Below, one piece after another: positions 26,126 through 39,445 of a stretch of 64,000 nucleotides of DNA. The position numbers and the translations under genes were made by a program. The stretch comes from Octopus vulgaris (lineage: Eukaryota). How positions within the stretch are numbered: the first letter of the stretch is position 1; every line of letters begins with the position of its first letter. The stretch is taken from positions 79,918,001 through 79,982,000 of the forward strand of contig OX597827.1 of assembly GCA_951406725.2 (NCBI GenBank), read 5' to 3'. Below the pieces are notes generated by a model. It was not told where the DNA came from. It searched no databases and saw nothing but the letters and a program-made list of their open reading frames with translations.

Positions 26126-26176
<51 letters not shown>

Positions 26177-27447
26177 CACACATACATACACATACACATT
26201 ACAAATATATTGCAGAGATTCATTACTGCTGTATGCTTTAGAGTGTGCTTCTTTTTTGGATATATGATACATTGACAATGTATGTATGTATGTATGTATG
26301 TGTGTATGTGTGTGTATGCATGCATGTATGTTTATATGTATGTATATATGTGTGCATATGAATGTATGTAGGTATATATGTACATATATATGTATGTATA
26401 GCATAAACTCTGATGAAATTCCTCACTCACATTTATGATATATACATGCATTTAAACGTAGCAGGGAACAGCTAACCTTTGGCTGCTACTATGATTGGTT
26501 GGTATTGGCACAATTTGGCTCTTACTCAATTGTGCCAACTTGCCGCAAATAACCAGTCAGAGGCTGGTGGGACAACCTGTTTACTATTCTGTTTGAGCCT
26601 ATAGCTCCTTATAAAAACTCAGCTTGTTCTCATTCCAAGGTCTTTGGTTCCAGACCTTTTAAGGTCTAGCCACTGACCACAAAGACACAGCCAGTTCCAG
26701 CGACAATGCCAGACAACACCACTGTAGCTATGTTGAGACTTACCAATTTCGTCCAACAGCATTATAGCAACCTCCTTCTTCATCACCACCATCACATCCT
26801 TCTTAACCTCGTCAACATCATCTCTCTACGTACACAGCTCAGCAAGTAATTCGCCCAAGTTCCAACAGTTCACTGTTCATGAATTATTTCACCACAGATC
26901 AACAGCAAATATACAACCTGCATGAACTCCTGTATCAAGTGATCCAGGCAGCAGCATCACAGCCACGAATTCACATATGACATGTACCTATAACCGGCTC
27001 AGCATCATGGCCGCGACTTTTTGAAACAGTACTTCAACCACCATGTACGACTGACTATGAACTGGTATTAGCTTTCTTGTGTCTATGAACTTACTTCTCA
27101 CTCTGATGGTTATAGACATTATCACTGTCTTCTTCCTCATTGCCATCCTAAAATGTTCTTAATACACACACACATACGTTCATGCTTACACACACACACA
27201 TACACTGTTCTCATGATGGCCTGTCTATTATTCTGTATACATGACGCACACACAGACACACATGTTAACATATCAATAAATGTTCCCTTAATCATTCTTA
27301 CACGGTTGTGTCTCTTTTCCATCTGGCATTTATTTGTACTATTAAATTCCTCTTTATTGTAAGAGCTGTGTGATGTGGTAAAAAAGAGCCATTCTCATCA
27401 CCACACATCACATGGCCCTTACATATGTATGTGTGTGTGTGTGTGTG

Positions 27448-27500
<53 letters not shown>

Positions 27501-27766
27501 ACATATGTGCACATCACCATCATCATCATCATCATCATCATTTAATGACCACTTTTCCATGCTTGTATAGTCAGAGAGAATTTGTTGAGACAGATATTTT
27601 ATAGCCAGATACCCTTCCTAGAATTATGTAACTTTTACGGAAAAAAAAGTAGTTATTAAAATTTTCAATATCTTGAAATTTCTTATAAATTCCAATTTTA
27701 ATATATGGTTATCAAAATAAAAGTTCAAATGTAACAAATACAACATATATATATATATATGTGTGT

Positions 27767-27804
<38 letters not shown>

Positions 27805-27930
27805 GTATATACATATGTATATAAACAATTAATATTAGGGAAGTTATTTCCGAGTCCACAGGAGAGAGAAGTTCAATTTAGTGGTACTAAAATGAATTAC
27901 TCACTGTATTATATACATATATATAGATAG

Positions 27931-28627
27931 GTTTAAGAGACAGAATCACCCTCAAGCAACTCAATCATCATTGAACATTATCCATGATAGGTACATATAG
28001 GACTAAATCTTAAAATTATCAAAATTAATACCTTCAATTCTTATTCTAAATCATTTACTTTACATTATATAGTTTACTCACATTTCATGACAACATATTC
28101 CTCGATATCGCTGAAGTAGAATGTCTCTAAATACAATACCATATTAAACGATTATATTGCCAATCTTCAGGTCTAGACTATATGAACTTATTTTGCTATT
28201 TACATCCTATATAAAGACATGACAAATTAAAATTATATAACTAGAAGTTGTCAAAATAATTTTACTTTAGTAAATAATGAACAGAAATGTGGAATAAAAA
28301 TAGGAAAAAGAAATGTTAGTAAAAAGAAATGTTAACTTAATCTGTATGGTAATTTTCTCTCCACGAATTAAACATAGCTACCACATGAAGCAATCGTATA
28401 ATCCAACATTGAGAGTTACTGTATAGGGGAGATAATTTTTATTAACATTTAAAAGTTCTTAAAAGGTGTTTTCTATTATTTATATTTACTGTGTAAGGGA
28501 AGTGAATAATAATAAATCATGAGAAGTCATTAATTTTGATAATTTTATCATTTAATCCTATATGTACCTATCATGGATAATGTCGTTCAATGATGATTGA
28601 ATTGCCTGAGGGTGTTTCTGTCTCTTA

Positions 28628-28630
<3 letters not shown>
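27931..28630. mobile_element. Fold-back element with ~100 bp inverted arms beside TA/CT microsatellites
   Basis: gtttaagagacagaa...tatccatgataggtacatatagga...aaaattaat (27931-28029) mirrors 28529-28630. Confidence 0.8.
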
Positions 28631-28708
<78 letters not shown>

Positions 28709-28893
28709 TATTCTATAATTATATACATAATTATGATCATGGGTCAGCTAAGTGCCTCACCACGTACTGAATTAGAAATAGACGCTAATGTCTTTTCAAC
28801 TACCATAAAAATCTCCGAGACAAAAACACCCTTTTTTTATGTAGGTAAAAAGAAAAATGATGAATCCCCATGACTTTGGTTAATCACAAACAC

Positions 28894-28935
<42 letters not shown>

Positions 28936-28938
<3 letters not shown>

Positions 28939-29800
28939 AGGTGCAATGGGTAAATTATCACCATTTTATATTTCTAATTTCGCGCATGCACATTGCTTGC
29001 TTTTTGGTTTAGTTGACTGCACAGTATTGTAGAGTCAGTTGGGCACCATCTCTGAGAAAAACAGCACCATGATGCAGTTCACTCTGCCACAAATTTGGAA
29101 ACGACATGCTGTACTGCTTGATATTCACACTGGAAGCTCCAATACAAACATTTCAGTGTTTGGGTATCAATCTGAGGACAGTACAGAGGATTCAGAAAGA
29201 GTTGGATGAGTCTATTTGATGGTGAGTATGAAGGTATGGTAGCTTGGAAAACTCACTCTGATCATCCTGGTAAGAAAAGAACTCCTGAATTTGTTGGTGA
29301 GATCTGGACCATGATTGGTAACGATCCCTCCAAACCAATCAGGTCCATCACCATGGACATGGCAGTGCCTGAGTTTCCTATCAGGAAGGTATTGCATGAT
29401 GACATTCAGTATTCCTCATACAAAATAAGAAAATGTCAATTTTTTCCCCAAGCCATCAAGGACAAGAGGAAAGACCACGTTATGAATCTTTTGAACAAAC
29501 TCAAGAATCTCCTCCAATTGAACATGCTTTGGTTTTTCACAGACGAGAAAAATTTCTGCCAGTATCAGGTGATGGATACACAGAACAACCATTGGCTGGC
29601 AATGTCCCCAAAACATGTACCAAGTGTGATAATAATCAAACATCCAGTCAACATCATGATGTTTGGAGTGACGGCGATATTATGCCTCCATTCATCTTCC
29701 CACATGGTTTCACACTCAACATAGACACCTACATCAAGTGCCTGCAGGCGATAGTGCTGCCCTGGGTCAAGAGGGTGGTTGCTGGAAGAATATACCTGTG
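28936..29800 (+). mobile_element. Tc1/mariner-superfamily transposon fragment (maT/DD37D-like)
   Basis: Begins after (TA)n. Translation includes KKRTPEFV, WFFTDEKNF...NNHWLA...KHPVNIMMFGV, GDIMPPFIFPHG. 3' end truncated. Confidence 0.7.
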
Positions 29801-30297
29801 GGATCTTGGATGGCGAGAGGTCAAGTTGTTTCTTGAAAATATCTACCCCCACTCCATAGAGATCTCTCAGATGTTTTGGCAAGGCATTGAACAGCTGTGG
29901 GCCCTTCAGCTATTGCAGTACATGGTCTTCACCTTAGATGGAACACCTGGAATTTTGGAACAGTGCAGTGATGTCCATATCAAGGTCTGGTATAACTCTC
30001 GATTCCAAAGTTTGGTGTCAGCCCCTCCAGCACCGTCCACACATATATCACTGCATACCTCTCCTGTCTTCACTCCAGGCAGTAGAATCACTGTACAAAT
30101 ACAGTGCAGCTTTATGCTTTAGGGTGTGCAGCTTTTTCAGATATATAACAAATTGGCAATGTATGTATGTATGTATATATATATGTGTGTGTGTATGTAT
30201 GTATATATATATATGCGTGTGTGTGTGTATGTATATGTGTGTGTGTATGTATGTATGTATATATATATATATACACACACACATAACACACATATAT

Positions 30298-30780
30298 CAT
30301 CATCATCATCATCATTTAACGTCTGCTTTCCATGCTAGCATGGGTTGGACGATTTGATTGAGGACTGGCGAACCAGATAGCTGCACCAGACTCCAATCTG
30401 ATCTGGCAGAGTTTCTCCAGCTTGATGCCCTTCCTAACGCCAACCACTCCTAGAGTGTAGTGGGTGCTTTTATGTGCCACTCGCACGAGCACCAGTCTGG
30501 CAGTACTGGCAACGGCCACACTTGTAATGGTGTTTTTTTTACATGCCACCTGCACAGGAGTCAGTCCAGCAGCACTGGCAACGACCTTGCTCGAATGTTT
30601 TGTTCAAGTGCCACTGGCACAAGTGCCAGTAAGGTGACGCTGGTAACGATCACACTCAAATGGTTCCTTTTATGTGCCACTGGCACTGAAGCCAGACAGC
30701 TGCTCTGGCAGTGATCCCACTCAGATGGAGCTGTTAGTACTCCACTGGCACAGGTGCCAGTCATCGAATTCAGTTTGCAC
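30298..30780 (-). mobile_element. SINE/LINE-tail element with (CAT)n tail (family C)
   Basis: catcatcatttaacgtc...ccatgctagcatgggttggacg...gatgcccttcctaacgccaaccactc. Same core at 6485-6600, 36000-36290 (opposite strand), 39955-40130 and 52711-53045. Confidence 0.75.
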
Positions 30781-31433
30781 ATCATTATCATCATCATCAT
30801 TTAATGTCCACTTTTCCATGCTGCTTGTATAGTCAGACAGAATTTGTTGAGACAGATATTCTACAGCCAGATACCCTTCCTAGAATTATGTAACTTTTAC
30901 TGAAAGAAATTAGTTATTAAATGCTTCAATGTCTAGAAATTTCTTATAAATTCTAATTTTAATATATTGTTATCAAAATGAGGTTTTCAAACTTCTTTTA
31001 TCAATGAATATTCAAGTACTTGCTTCAATCAGAAAACCCATTTTCATTCATTGCAACACGTCTCCTCTCTCTCTCCCCTTCCCTCCCCCTCTCTCTTCAG
31101 TTGTTTTCATTAAAAAATAAGAGAATTTTCACACTATCTCCATTTTATCATATCAAAACTACTTAGAAGTTTTATTTCATTAAAGACAAATGTATTAGTC
31201 GTGGTCATTTGAATAATGGCCTCAGATTATTTTCTGTTGTAAATCAACTTTGTATTTATTGTTAGGTAATATTTTGATGTGGATTTTCTTTTTTCTTTTC
31301 AACATCTTCTTTCCATCAGATTTTGTCTCTTCTCTTTCCCACAAACTTCATTCATAATCCTTGCTCTGTCATTTTGTTTAGTACTTTTTGTCTTTCCTCA
31401 CAGCACACTGTCGCTTTTCTTTCCTTGACACAC

Positions 31434-31499
<66 letters not shown>

Positions 31500-31947
31500 G
31501 GTTTTCATTAAGAAAAAGTGATTACAAAGTTTTTCTTTGAAATTCTTTTATGGTATTTGTGAAATTTTTACCCTATGCTTATTATTTATCATATCAAGAT
31601 TACTTAGAATTATCTATTAATCACAGACATTTGAATAAAGTGGAATATCTCTTCCAGCACAGTTCTTCTCGCATGGTCATTATCAGTGTATGTTGCATTA
31701 TCTCGATTATGGAAGAAGGCTGACATAAAAATATTGGCTTAGAGAAATGGAAACAGTATTTTTACTGATAATTCTGCCTACAAGGAGATTCTCCTTGAAA
31801 GCAAGATATGCATTTTAGCATATCTCAAAAATTGGATTTATATTTTTCATTTTATGGAAAATAACATAAATTTGGCACATTACAAGAAGTGTAAGATGAA
31901 TGTGAGAAAATGACATTCATAAGTAAATTATTTCATTGCATACACAG

Positions 31948-31982
<35 letters not shown>

Positions 31983-31984
<2 letters not shown>

Positions 31985-32400
31985 GTCAGTGTGCATACAT
32001 GACAGGGTGTAAGCGCTCTGAGAGAAAAGTTGGACTTAAGAAGCATCAGAAGTGGTGTGCAAGAGAGATGGCTGCGCTGGCATGGCCATGTGTTGCGAAT
32101 GGATAAGAAAAGTGTCACACCCTAGAAGTTGAGGGAACCTGTGGAAAAGATAGATCCAGGAAAACCTGGGATGAGGTGGTGAAGCATGACCTTCGAACAT
32201 TGGGCCTCACTGAGACAATGACTAGTGACCAAGACCTTTGGAGATATGCTGTGCTTAAGAAGACCCGACAAGCCAAGTGAGACCATAACCTGTGGCTGAT
32301 GCTAGTGGTGTATAACCAGCTCACTTATGAGTATCCTTCATTCATTGGACAATAAACTTTGCTTGCGAAGACCTGTTGAGACAAGTGAAATCAAAATCAC
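31983..32400 (+). mobile_element. RTE LINE 3' end
   Basis: LREKLDLRSI...VQERWLRWHGHVLRMD...RKTWDEVVKHDLRTLGL...DLWRYAV followed by 3' UTR. Confidence 0.8.
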
Positions 32401-34155
32401 TGACGTGGCCCATGGAGCTTTAGGTGTTTTTGCTCAATAAAAACTCACAACGCCCAGTCTAGGAATGAAAACCACGATCCTACAAATCCAAGTGTTCTGC
32501 CCTAATCACTGGGCTATTGCTCCTCCACTATATGTATATATACATATATATACTATAATAAAGAAAGCTGCTTATTAATTAGTTATGAGTATGTAACTTT
32601 TACTAAAAGAAAGCAATTATTAAAGTCTACATTGCCCAAATATACCTGACACCACATGACTGAGGCAGAGAATGAGTGCTGAGTACACCTGACACCACAT
32701 GACTGAGGCAGAGAATGAGTGCTGAGTATACCTGACACCACATGACTGAGGCAGAGGATGAGTGCTGAGTATACCTGACACCACATGACTGAAACAGAGA
32801 ATGAGTGCTGAGTACACCTGACACCACATGACTGAGGCAGAGAATGAGTGCTGAGTATACCTGACACCACATGACTGAAACAGAGAATGAGTGCTGAGTA
32901 TACCTGACACCACATGACTGAGGCCGAGGATGAGTGCTGAGTATACCTGACACCACATGACTGAGGCAGAGAATGAGTGCTGAGTATACCTGACACCACA
33001 TGACTGAGGCAGAGAATGAGTGCTGAGTATACCTGACACCACATGACTGAGGCAGAGAATGAGTGCTGACAAGCCAAGTGAGACCATAATCTGTGGCTGA
33101 TGCTAGTGGTGTATAACCAGCCCACTTATGAGTACCCCTCACTCATTGGACAATAAACTTTGCTTGCGAAGACCTGTTGAGACAAGTGAAATCAAAATCA
33201 CTGACGTGGCCCATGGAGCTTTAGGTGTTTTTGCTCAATAAAAACTCACAACGCCCAGTCTAGGAATGAAAACCACGATCCTACAAATCCAAGTGTTCTG
33301 CCCTAATCACTGGGCTATTGCTCCTCCACTATATGTATATATACATATATATACTATAATAAAGTAAGCTGCTTATTAATTAGTTATGAGTATGTAACTT
33401 TTACTAAAAGAAAGCAATTATTAAAGTCTACATTGCCCAAATATACCTGACACTTGACTGAGGCAGAGAATGAGTGTTGAGTATACCTGACACCACATGA
33501 CTGAAACAGAGAATGAGTGCTGAGTATACCTGACACCACATGACTGAGGCAGAGAATGAGTGCTGAGTATACCTGACACCACATGACTGAGGCTGAGGAT
33601 GAGTGCTGAGTATACCTAACACCACATGACTGAAACAGAGAATGAGTGCTGAGTATACCTGACACCACATGACTGAGGCAGAGAATGAGTGTTGAGTATA
33701 CCTGACACCACATGACTGAGGCCGAGGATGAGTGCTGAGTATACCTGACACCACATGACTGAAACAGAGAATGAGTGCTGAGTACACCTGACACCACATG
33801 ACTGAGGCAGAGAATGAGTGCTGAGTATACCTGACACCACATGACTGAAACAGAGAATGAGTGCTGAGTATACCTGACACCACATGACTGAGGCCGAGGA
33901 TGAGTGCTGAGTATAAATGACTGAGGCAGAGAATGAGTGCTGAGTATACCTGACACCACATGACTGAGGCAGAGAATGAGTGCTGAGTATACCTGACACC
34001 ACATGACTGAGGCAGATAATGAGTGCTGAGTATACCTGACACCACATGACTGAGGCAGATAATGAGTGCTGAGTATACCTGACACCACATGACTGAGGCA
34101 GAGAATGAGTGCTGAGTATACCTGACACCACATGACTGAGGCTGAGGATGAGTGT
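32267..34155 (+). repeat. Tandem duplication (801 bp offset); each copy ends in a 43-bp minisatellite array
   Basis: 32267-32640 is nearly identical to 33068-33441. Unit tatacctgacaccacatgactgaggcagagaatgagtgctgag occurs ~10 times (32641-33068) and ~17 times (33442-34155). Confidence 0.95.
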
Positions 34156-35032
34156 GCGGATGACTGGCAAGAATGACAGAATGATACGCTGGTGTTGTAC
34201 AGCAAGAGGCAGGCAACTCTATTTATACGATGACCAATCAGGGGTCTAATAGAGACAAGTTATGTCTTACAAAGGGAGCAGAGAGCATGTGATAGCAACT
34301 GAAAGCATTGTATGTGTTGCATGTGTGTAATTGGGTAAAGGCATGCAAGCATGTGTATAGAAACGTTGAGACAATTTTACAAATAATATACAGAATATCC
34401 ACACCAAATATGTTCTTGGTTAGATAAAGTCCTGAAAAATTACAAAGAAGCAAGTGATATGCAAAACTAGGCAGATGCAAAGGAAAGTGAACAAGCATGT
34501 AAATACAGGAAAAAGCCTAGAATATAGCTGCCTCCTGTGCCTCCACGTACCACACAAAACATTTTGAGAATTGAGTCACCCCATGAAGCAATTACTCGAC
34601 AAATAAAGAGCATGAGTCATATTGGTTATTGGGACCACCTTAAAACACTGAAGCTTATTCTGTGAGCACTACATCATTTGCACAAATTCAGAATTCCTCA
34701 AAGGCTGGGACCCCAAGTCAAATGCTCCCTACACATTTCAGGCTCACAACACATAAATACACTGCAACAGAATTACTTTTCACAAACGGGCCCTACTCTA
34801 TTTGATATTACCCCAAAATAAATGAAAGAAGAAAAAACTTAACACCACCTTCAAATTTCATCAAGTGATACCACACAAGTCAGCTATTCCTGGTAGCTCT
34901 TGGTCAACAAGTCCCTTCTTGAATGGAGCATGTTACCACAAAGCTTAACTTGAAATGGCTCATCAGATTCTATGAGGTGGTGCTATTCAGTTAGATATGG
35001 CCTAAGCCAGGTTTTGACTGAAGCATACCTAA

Positions 35033-35074
<42 letters not shown>

Positions 35075-35382
35075 CACGTGATCACATGACCGACCAGGCT
35101 ATCAGATGTTGCTACACATCGCTGGTCACAATGCGCTTCGCATTGTTCTAGCCTTCAAATGACGCCACCCCGCTGGCTAAGCGAGCAGGCCAACAGAAGA
35201 AAGGGTGAGAGAAAGTTGCGGCAAAAGAGTACAGCAGGGATTGCCACCATCCCCTGCCGGAGCCTCATGGAGCTTTAGGTGTTTTTTCTCTCAATAAACA
35301 CTCACAACACCCAATCTGGGAATCGAAACCGCGATCCTACGACCTTAAGTCCGCTGCCCTAACTACTGGGCCATTCCACCTC

Positions 35383-35385
<3 letters not shown>
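35075..35385 (-). mobile_element. tRNA-derived SINE
   Basis: Minus head tggaggtggaatggcccagtagttagggcagcggac...ggtttcgattcccag with A/B-box-like motifs. Partial copies at 32410-32528 and 33211-33329. Confidence 0.75.
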
Positions 35386-35413
<28 letters not shown>

Positions 35414-35415
<2 letters not shown>

Positions 35416-35881
35416 CAAAATAAGCAACAAGGATATCCAGAGGTAATGCAGTATGATCGTTTCATGCAACTCCATTTAACTGAACAATGCAATCATTTCA
35501 TTAGATCAAATGAACTCACACAACACTGAAAGCATCCTAAAGTGGGAGATTATGATGCCCTGTCTGATTCCTGACCATTCAAATATATAAAATTTGAACT
35601 ATTATTTGTATATTTACAGTTAGAAACATATTGTTAACTATATTATGTTGTTGGTACAACATGTTCTTTGTCTATCTCCTTAACTTCTTGGAGATTTTAG
35701 GTAAAATTATACTAATGCGTCCATCTGTTTTAATTTAATTAAATTCTATGTCTTTGTGCAGCTGAAGATTGCTCTACATTTTAAATTGATCTAATGAAAT
35801 GATTGCATTGTTCAATGAAATGCAGTTGCATGAAACGATCGTACAGCATTACCTCTGGATATCCTAGTTGCTTATTTTGAT
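35414..35881. mobile_element. Fold-back element with ~95 bp inverted arms carrying a hammerhead-like motif
   Basis: atcaaaataagcaac...cattagatcaa (35414-35509) mirrors 35786-35881. Flanked by CA/TA runs. Confidence 0.85.
35756..35849 (+). ncRNA. Type I hammerhead-like motif with long stem II
   Basis: gtgcag-CTGAAGA-ttgc[hairpin]gcat-GAAAC-gatc-GTA-cagcat. The inverted arm reads ctgcat here, which restores a full stem I. Confidence 0.6.
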
Positions 35882-36288
35882 TTTAATCACCGTATATATA
35901 TATATATATATATGTGTGTGTGCCTTGGATCGCAGGACGGCCTGCTGTGCTTACCTTGGATCATAGGGCGATCTGCTGTGCTTGAGGAGACCTATTGAGT
36001 CAAGTACATGAACATCAACATTAAAAAATGAAATGGAAATTGTAGTTGTGATACCTGTGCCAGTGGCATGTAAAAAGCATCAACCAAACATGGCCGTTGC
36101 CAGCCTCCCCTGGCACATAAAAAGCACCCACTACACTCACGGAGTGGTTGATGCTAGGAAGGGCATCCAACCGTAGAAACATTGCCAGATCAGACTGGAG
36201 CCTGGTGCAGCCTCCTGGCTTCCCAGACCCTGGTTGAACCATCCAACCCATGTTAACATGGAAAACGGACGTTAAACGATGATGATGA

Positions 36289-36330
<42 letters not shown>

Positions 36331-37255
36331 TCATTCATACATATACACACACACACATATACACAGGTAGTTATGCAATAGTTTTATACAAAGATATATA
36401 CTAGCAGAAAGCTACCTGGAGGATGGTGTTTCTGCTAGTACATATAATATATCTGTATATATTTAATGTGTGTGTGTATTGATATAGATAATGTACAGGT
36501 GAATGCACCTGCCAATCATTGTTCCAACTGAACTGGAACACGCCCCCTCCCACTGATTCATGTTTTCAACAACCACACTTGCCTCGTATACATATCTGTT
36601 GGAATGAGGAGTGCACACATCCATAGTAGACACAGTCGTCAGGATGCTGACTGAGAGAAGTGAACTCACACAACACTGAAAGCATCCTAAAGTGAGAGAT
36701 TCTGATGCCCTGTCTGATTCCTGACCATTCAAATATAAAAAATTTGAACTATTATTTGTATATTTACAGCTAGAAACATATTGTTAAGAATGCCACTTTT
36801 GTTGTGATTATGAAAGTAGTGATGCTGCTGGTGGTGGTGGTGGTGATGGTTGTGTTGGTGGTGGTGGCAATGATGATGATGATGATCATAACCAGAGCTT
36901 AGGGTATTATAAAATCTAAAAATGCAGCCAGCCAGCGTCTTTTAAAAAAGTTTTAAATGATGTGCATGAAATATAGCAGAATAGGTTTATTAAAAATGTA
37001 TTGAAGAGAAAAATTGAAATCTTATTCCCATAAATTAAAATATAACAAAGATGAACCAAAAGTAGATTAAATGGGGAAAAAAAAGTATCTATTGCTCTAC
37101 TTGACATTTATATATGTAAGTTATAACTGGGGAGAAAAAATGGATTTATTAAAATTCCTATTACCGAAAGAATATTTTTATATTAATATAAATAAGTTCC
37201 ATTATGAAATTCACAATATTTTTACAGTGACATATACTGTGGCTCTTTAGTTTAG

Positions 37256-37732
37256 TCACACACACACACACACACACAAATGCATGTGTGCACACATACA
37301 CTTGCACACACACACATACATGTGTGCACACATAAACTTGTACACACACATATACACATATGCACACACATACATGTGCAAACACACAAGCACAGACACT
37401 TGTGTGCAAGCAGGTGCACACACACATACATACACATTCTCTCTCTCTCTTCTCTCCACTTTCTCTTTTGCTCTCTCTCTCTCTCTCTCTCTCTCCTTCT
37501 GTTTCTCACCCTCTCTTTCTCTCTCTCGCTCTCTTTCTCTCTCTCTTCTCTCTCCTGTTTCTCTCTCTCTCTGTTTCTCTCTCTCTCTCCTTCTCTCTCT
37601 CTCCTTCTCTCTCTCTCCTTCTCTCTCTCACCCTCTCTATTTCTCTCGCTCTCTTTCTCTCCTTCTCTCTCTCTCTCTCTCCTGTTTCTCACCCTCTCTC
37701 TTTCTCTCTCTCTCTCTCTCCTCTTTCTCACC

Positions 37733-37773
<41 letters not shown>

Positions 37774-37797
37774 CCCACCCTCTCTATTTCTCTCTGC
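37256..37797. repeat. CA-rich tract followed by a long CT-rich low-complexity tract
   Basis: Directly visible; source of spurious poly-ER and poly-SL ORFs. Confidence 0.95.
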
Positions 37798-39047
37798 TGG
37801 ATGCAATCTATCAATGCTACTGCAAAAGAATGAACATTTTAGCCAACAGGCAACACTCTGATGTTTGAAGATAATTGATGAGAAGCAAAGACGTTTTTCC
37901 CGGCCAACTCAACTCTCAGGATGGAAATGCCAGGAAGACACTGGTTATCTCCCTTGCTTGCTTCCTCACAGATTCTAATCAATGAATAACAAATTAAGGG
38001 GCAGTTATGTAAATTTTTATTATTGTTGGCATAATTTAGCTATAGACTAGCCCTGATTGAGTAAACTTATAATTAAAATCATTCCAGCCATGACCATCAC
38101 GTCCTTTCTTCCAGGCAAAGTATTACTCAAAGTGTCCTTCCTTTCGGTGATGTGTGGAAGATTTGGCTGACCTAAGAATAAAGTCCAGATTTATAGGAAA
38201 GAGTGGGAATTTGTCTCATTCATGCCTTTCTCAACAGCAATAAAGGTATGAATATATGAAAGGATGACCAATTCTTGCTAAAGGTTTACTTTTATTCTAT
38301 GAGGTCCACTACAGTTACCGAAATATGAGACTCCTAAGTTTGACCTGGAGGGCTTCTGATACTGTGGGAGCACTGTTACCCTTTAGCAGAACTGTTATCC
38401 AGCCACGCATGGTTTGGTTAGTTCAGCCAACTGCTCTACCTCACACATAGATACACACTACCCCCTATTACAAAGTCTCGGGGAAATTTTAATCAGTCCC
38501 AGCCAAGCCTCCGAGAAAGTCGGACATAATTTGTCATATCGCTCAACTCCACCATGTGGACGATACCGAAGGAAGAAACTCTCTAGAACTAAATAACTAT
38601 TTACGAACCGTTTGAGCATTTATCCTGTTCACAGTTTACAATATACACTGACAGTAAGTGCTACATGTTATTTATGCTGCATACACCTTCTTCTAGATTT
38701 GTGACCCTATAACATGTAGCTCAAAATGTTCTTTTGTTCACATAGGACACTGTCATACCATACCTCTAAATGCTGTACCCTGTATGCTGTCAAGCAGACC
38801 TTGATTTAATGCTATCCTCATTTCCTCTTATAATAAATTACTATGTTCCATTAAACCTTCTGAACATTGCCTATCATTGCATTACAAGGTACCATACTAC
38901 TGCTGTTATAAAAGTCAGGTGTTATTTTGGTGCCTATTCACTAAAAACTGATGACCCCCGACACAAAGTAAAAAAAATTGATGACCTTGGTGTGGACTAA
39001 AAATTGGTGACCCTGAGCTAAAAGAATTGCAGTCTTTGCTCACTTCT

Positions 39048-39445
<398 letters not shown>

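Noticed and set aside
32641-34155. CRISPR-like array or protein-coding ORFs in the 43-bp repeat
   Set aside because: Units are head-to-tail with no unique spacers, there are no cas genes, and the context is eukaryotic. The ORFs arise from a stop-free repeat unit.
35300-35385. tRNA genes here and at 4990-5055, 40540-40620 and 59526-59595
   Set aside because: A/B boxes are present but there is no complete cloverleaf, and each continues into a repeated SINE body.
37252-37868. Long poly-ER/SL/HT ORFs and similar microsatellite ORFs throughout the window
   Set aside because: Simple-repeat translations with no coding evidence.
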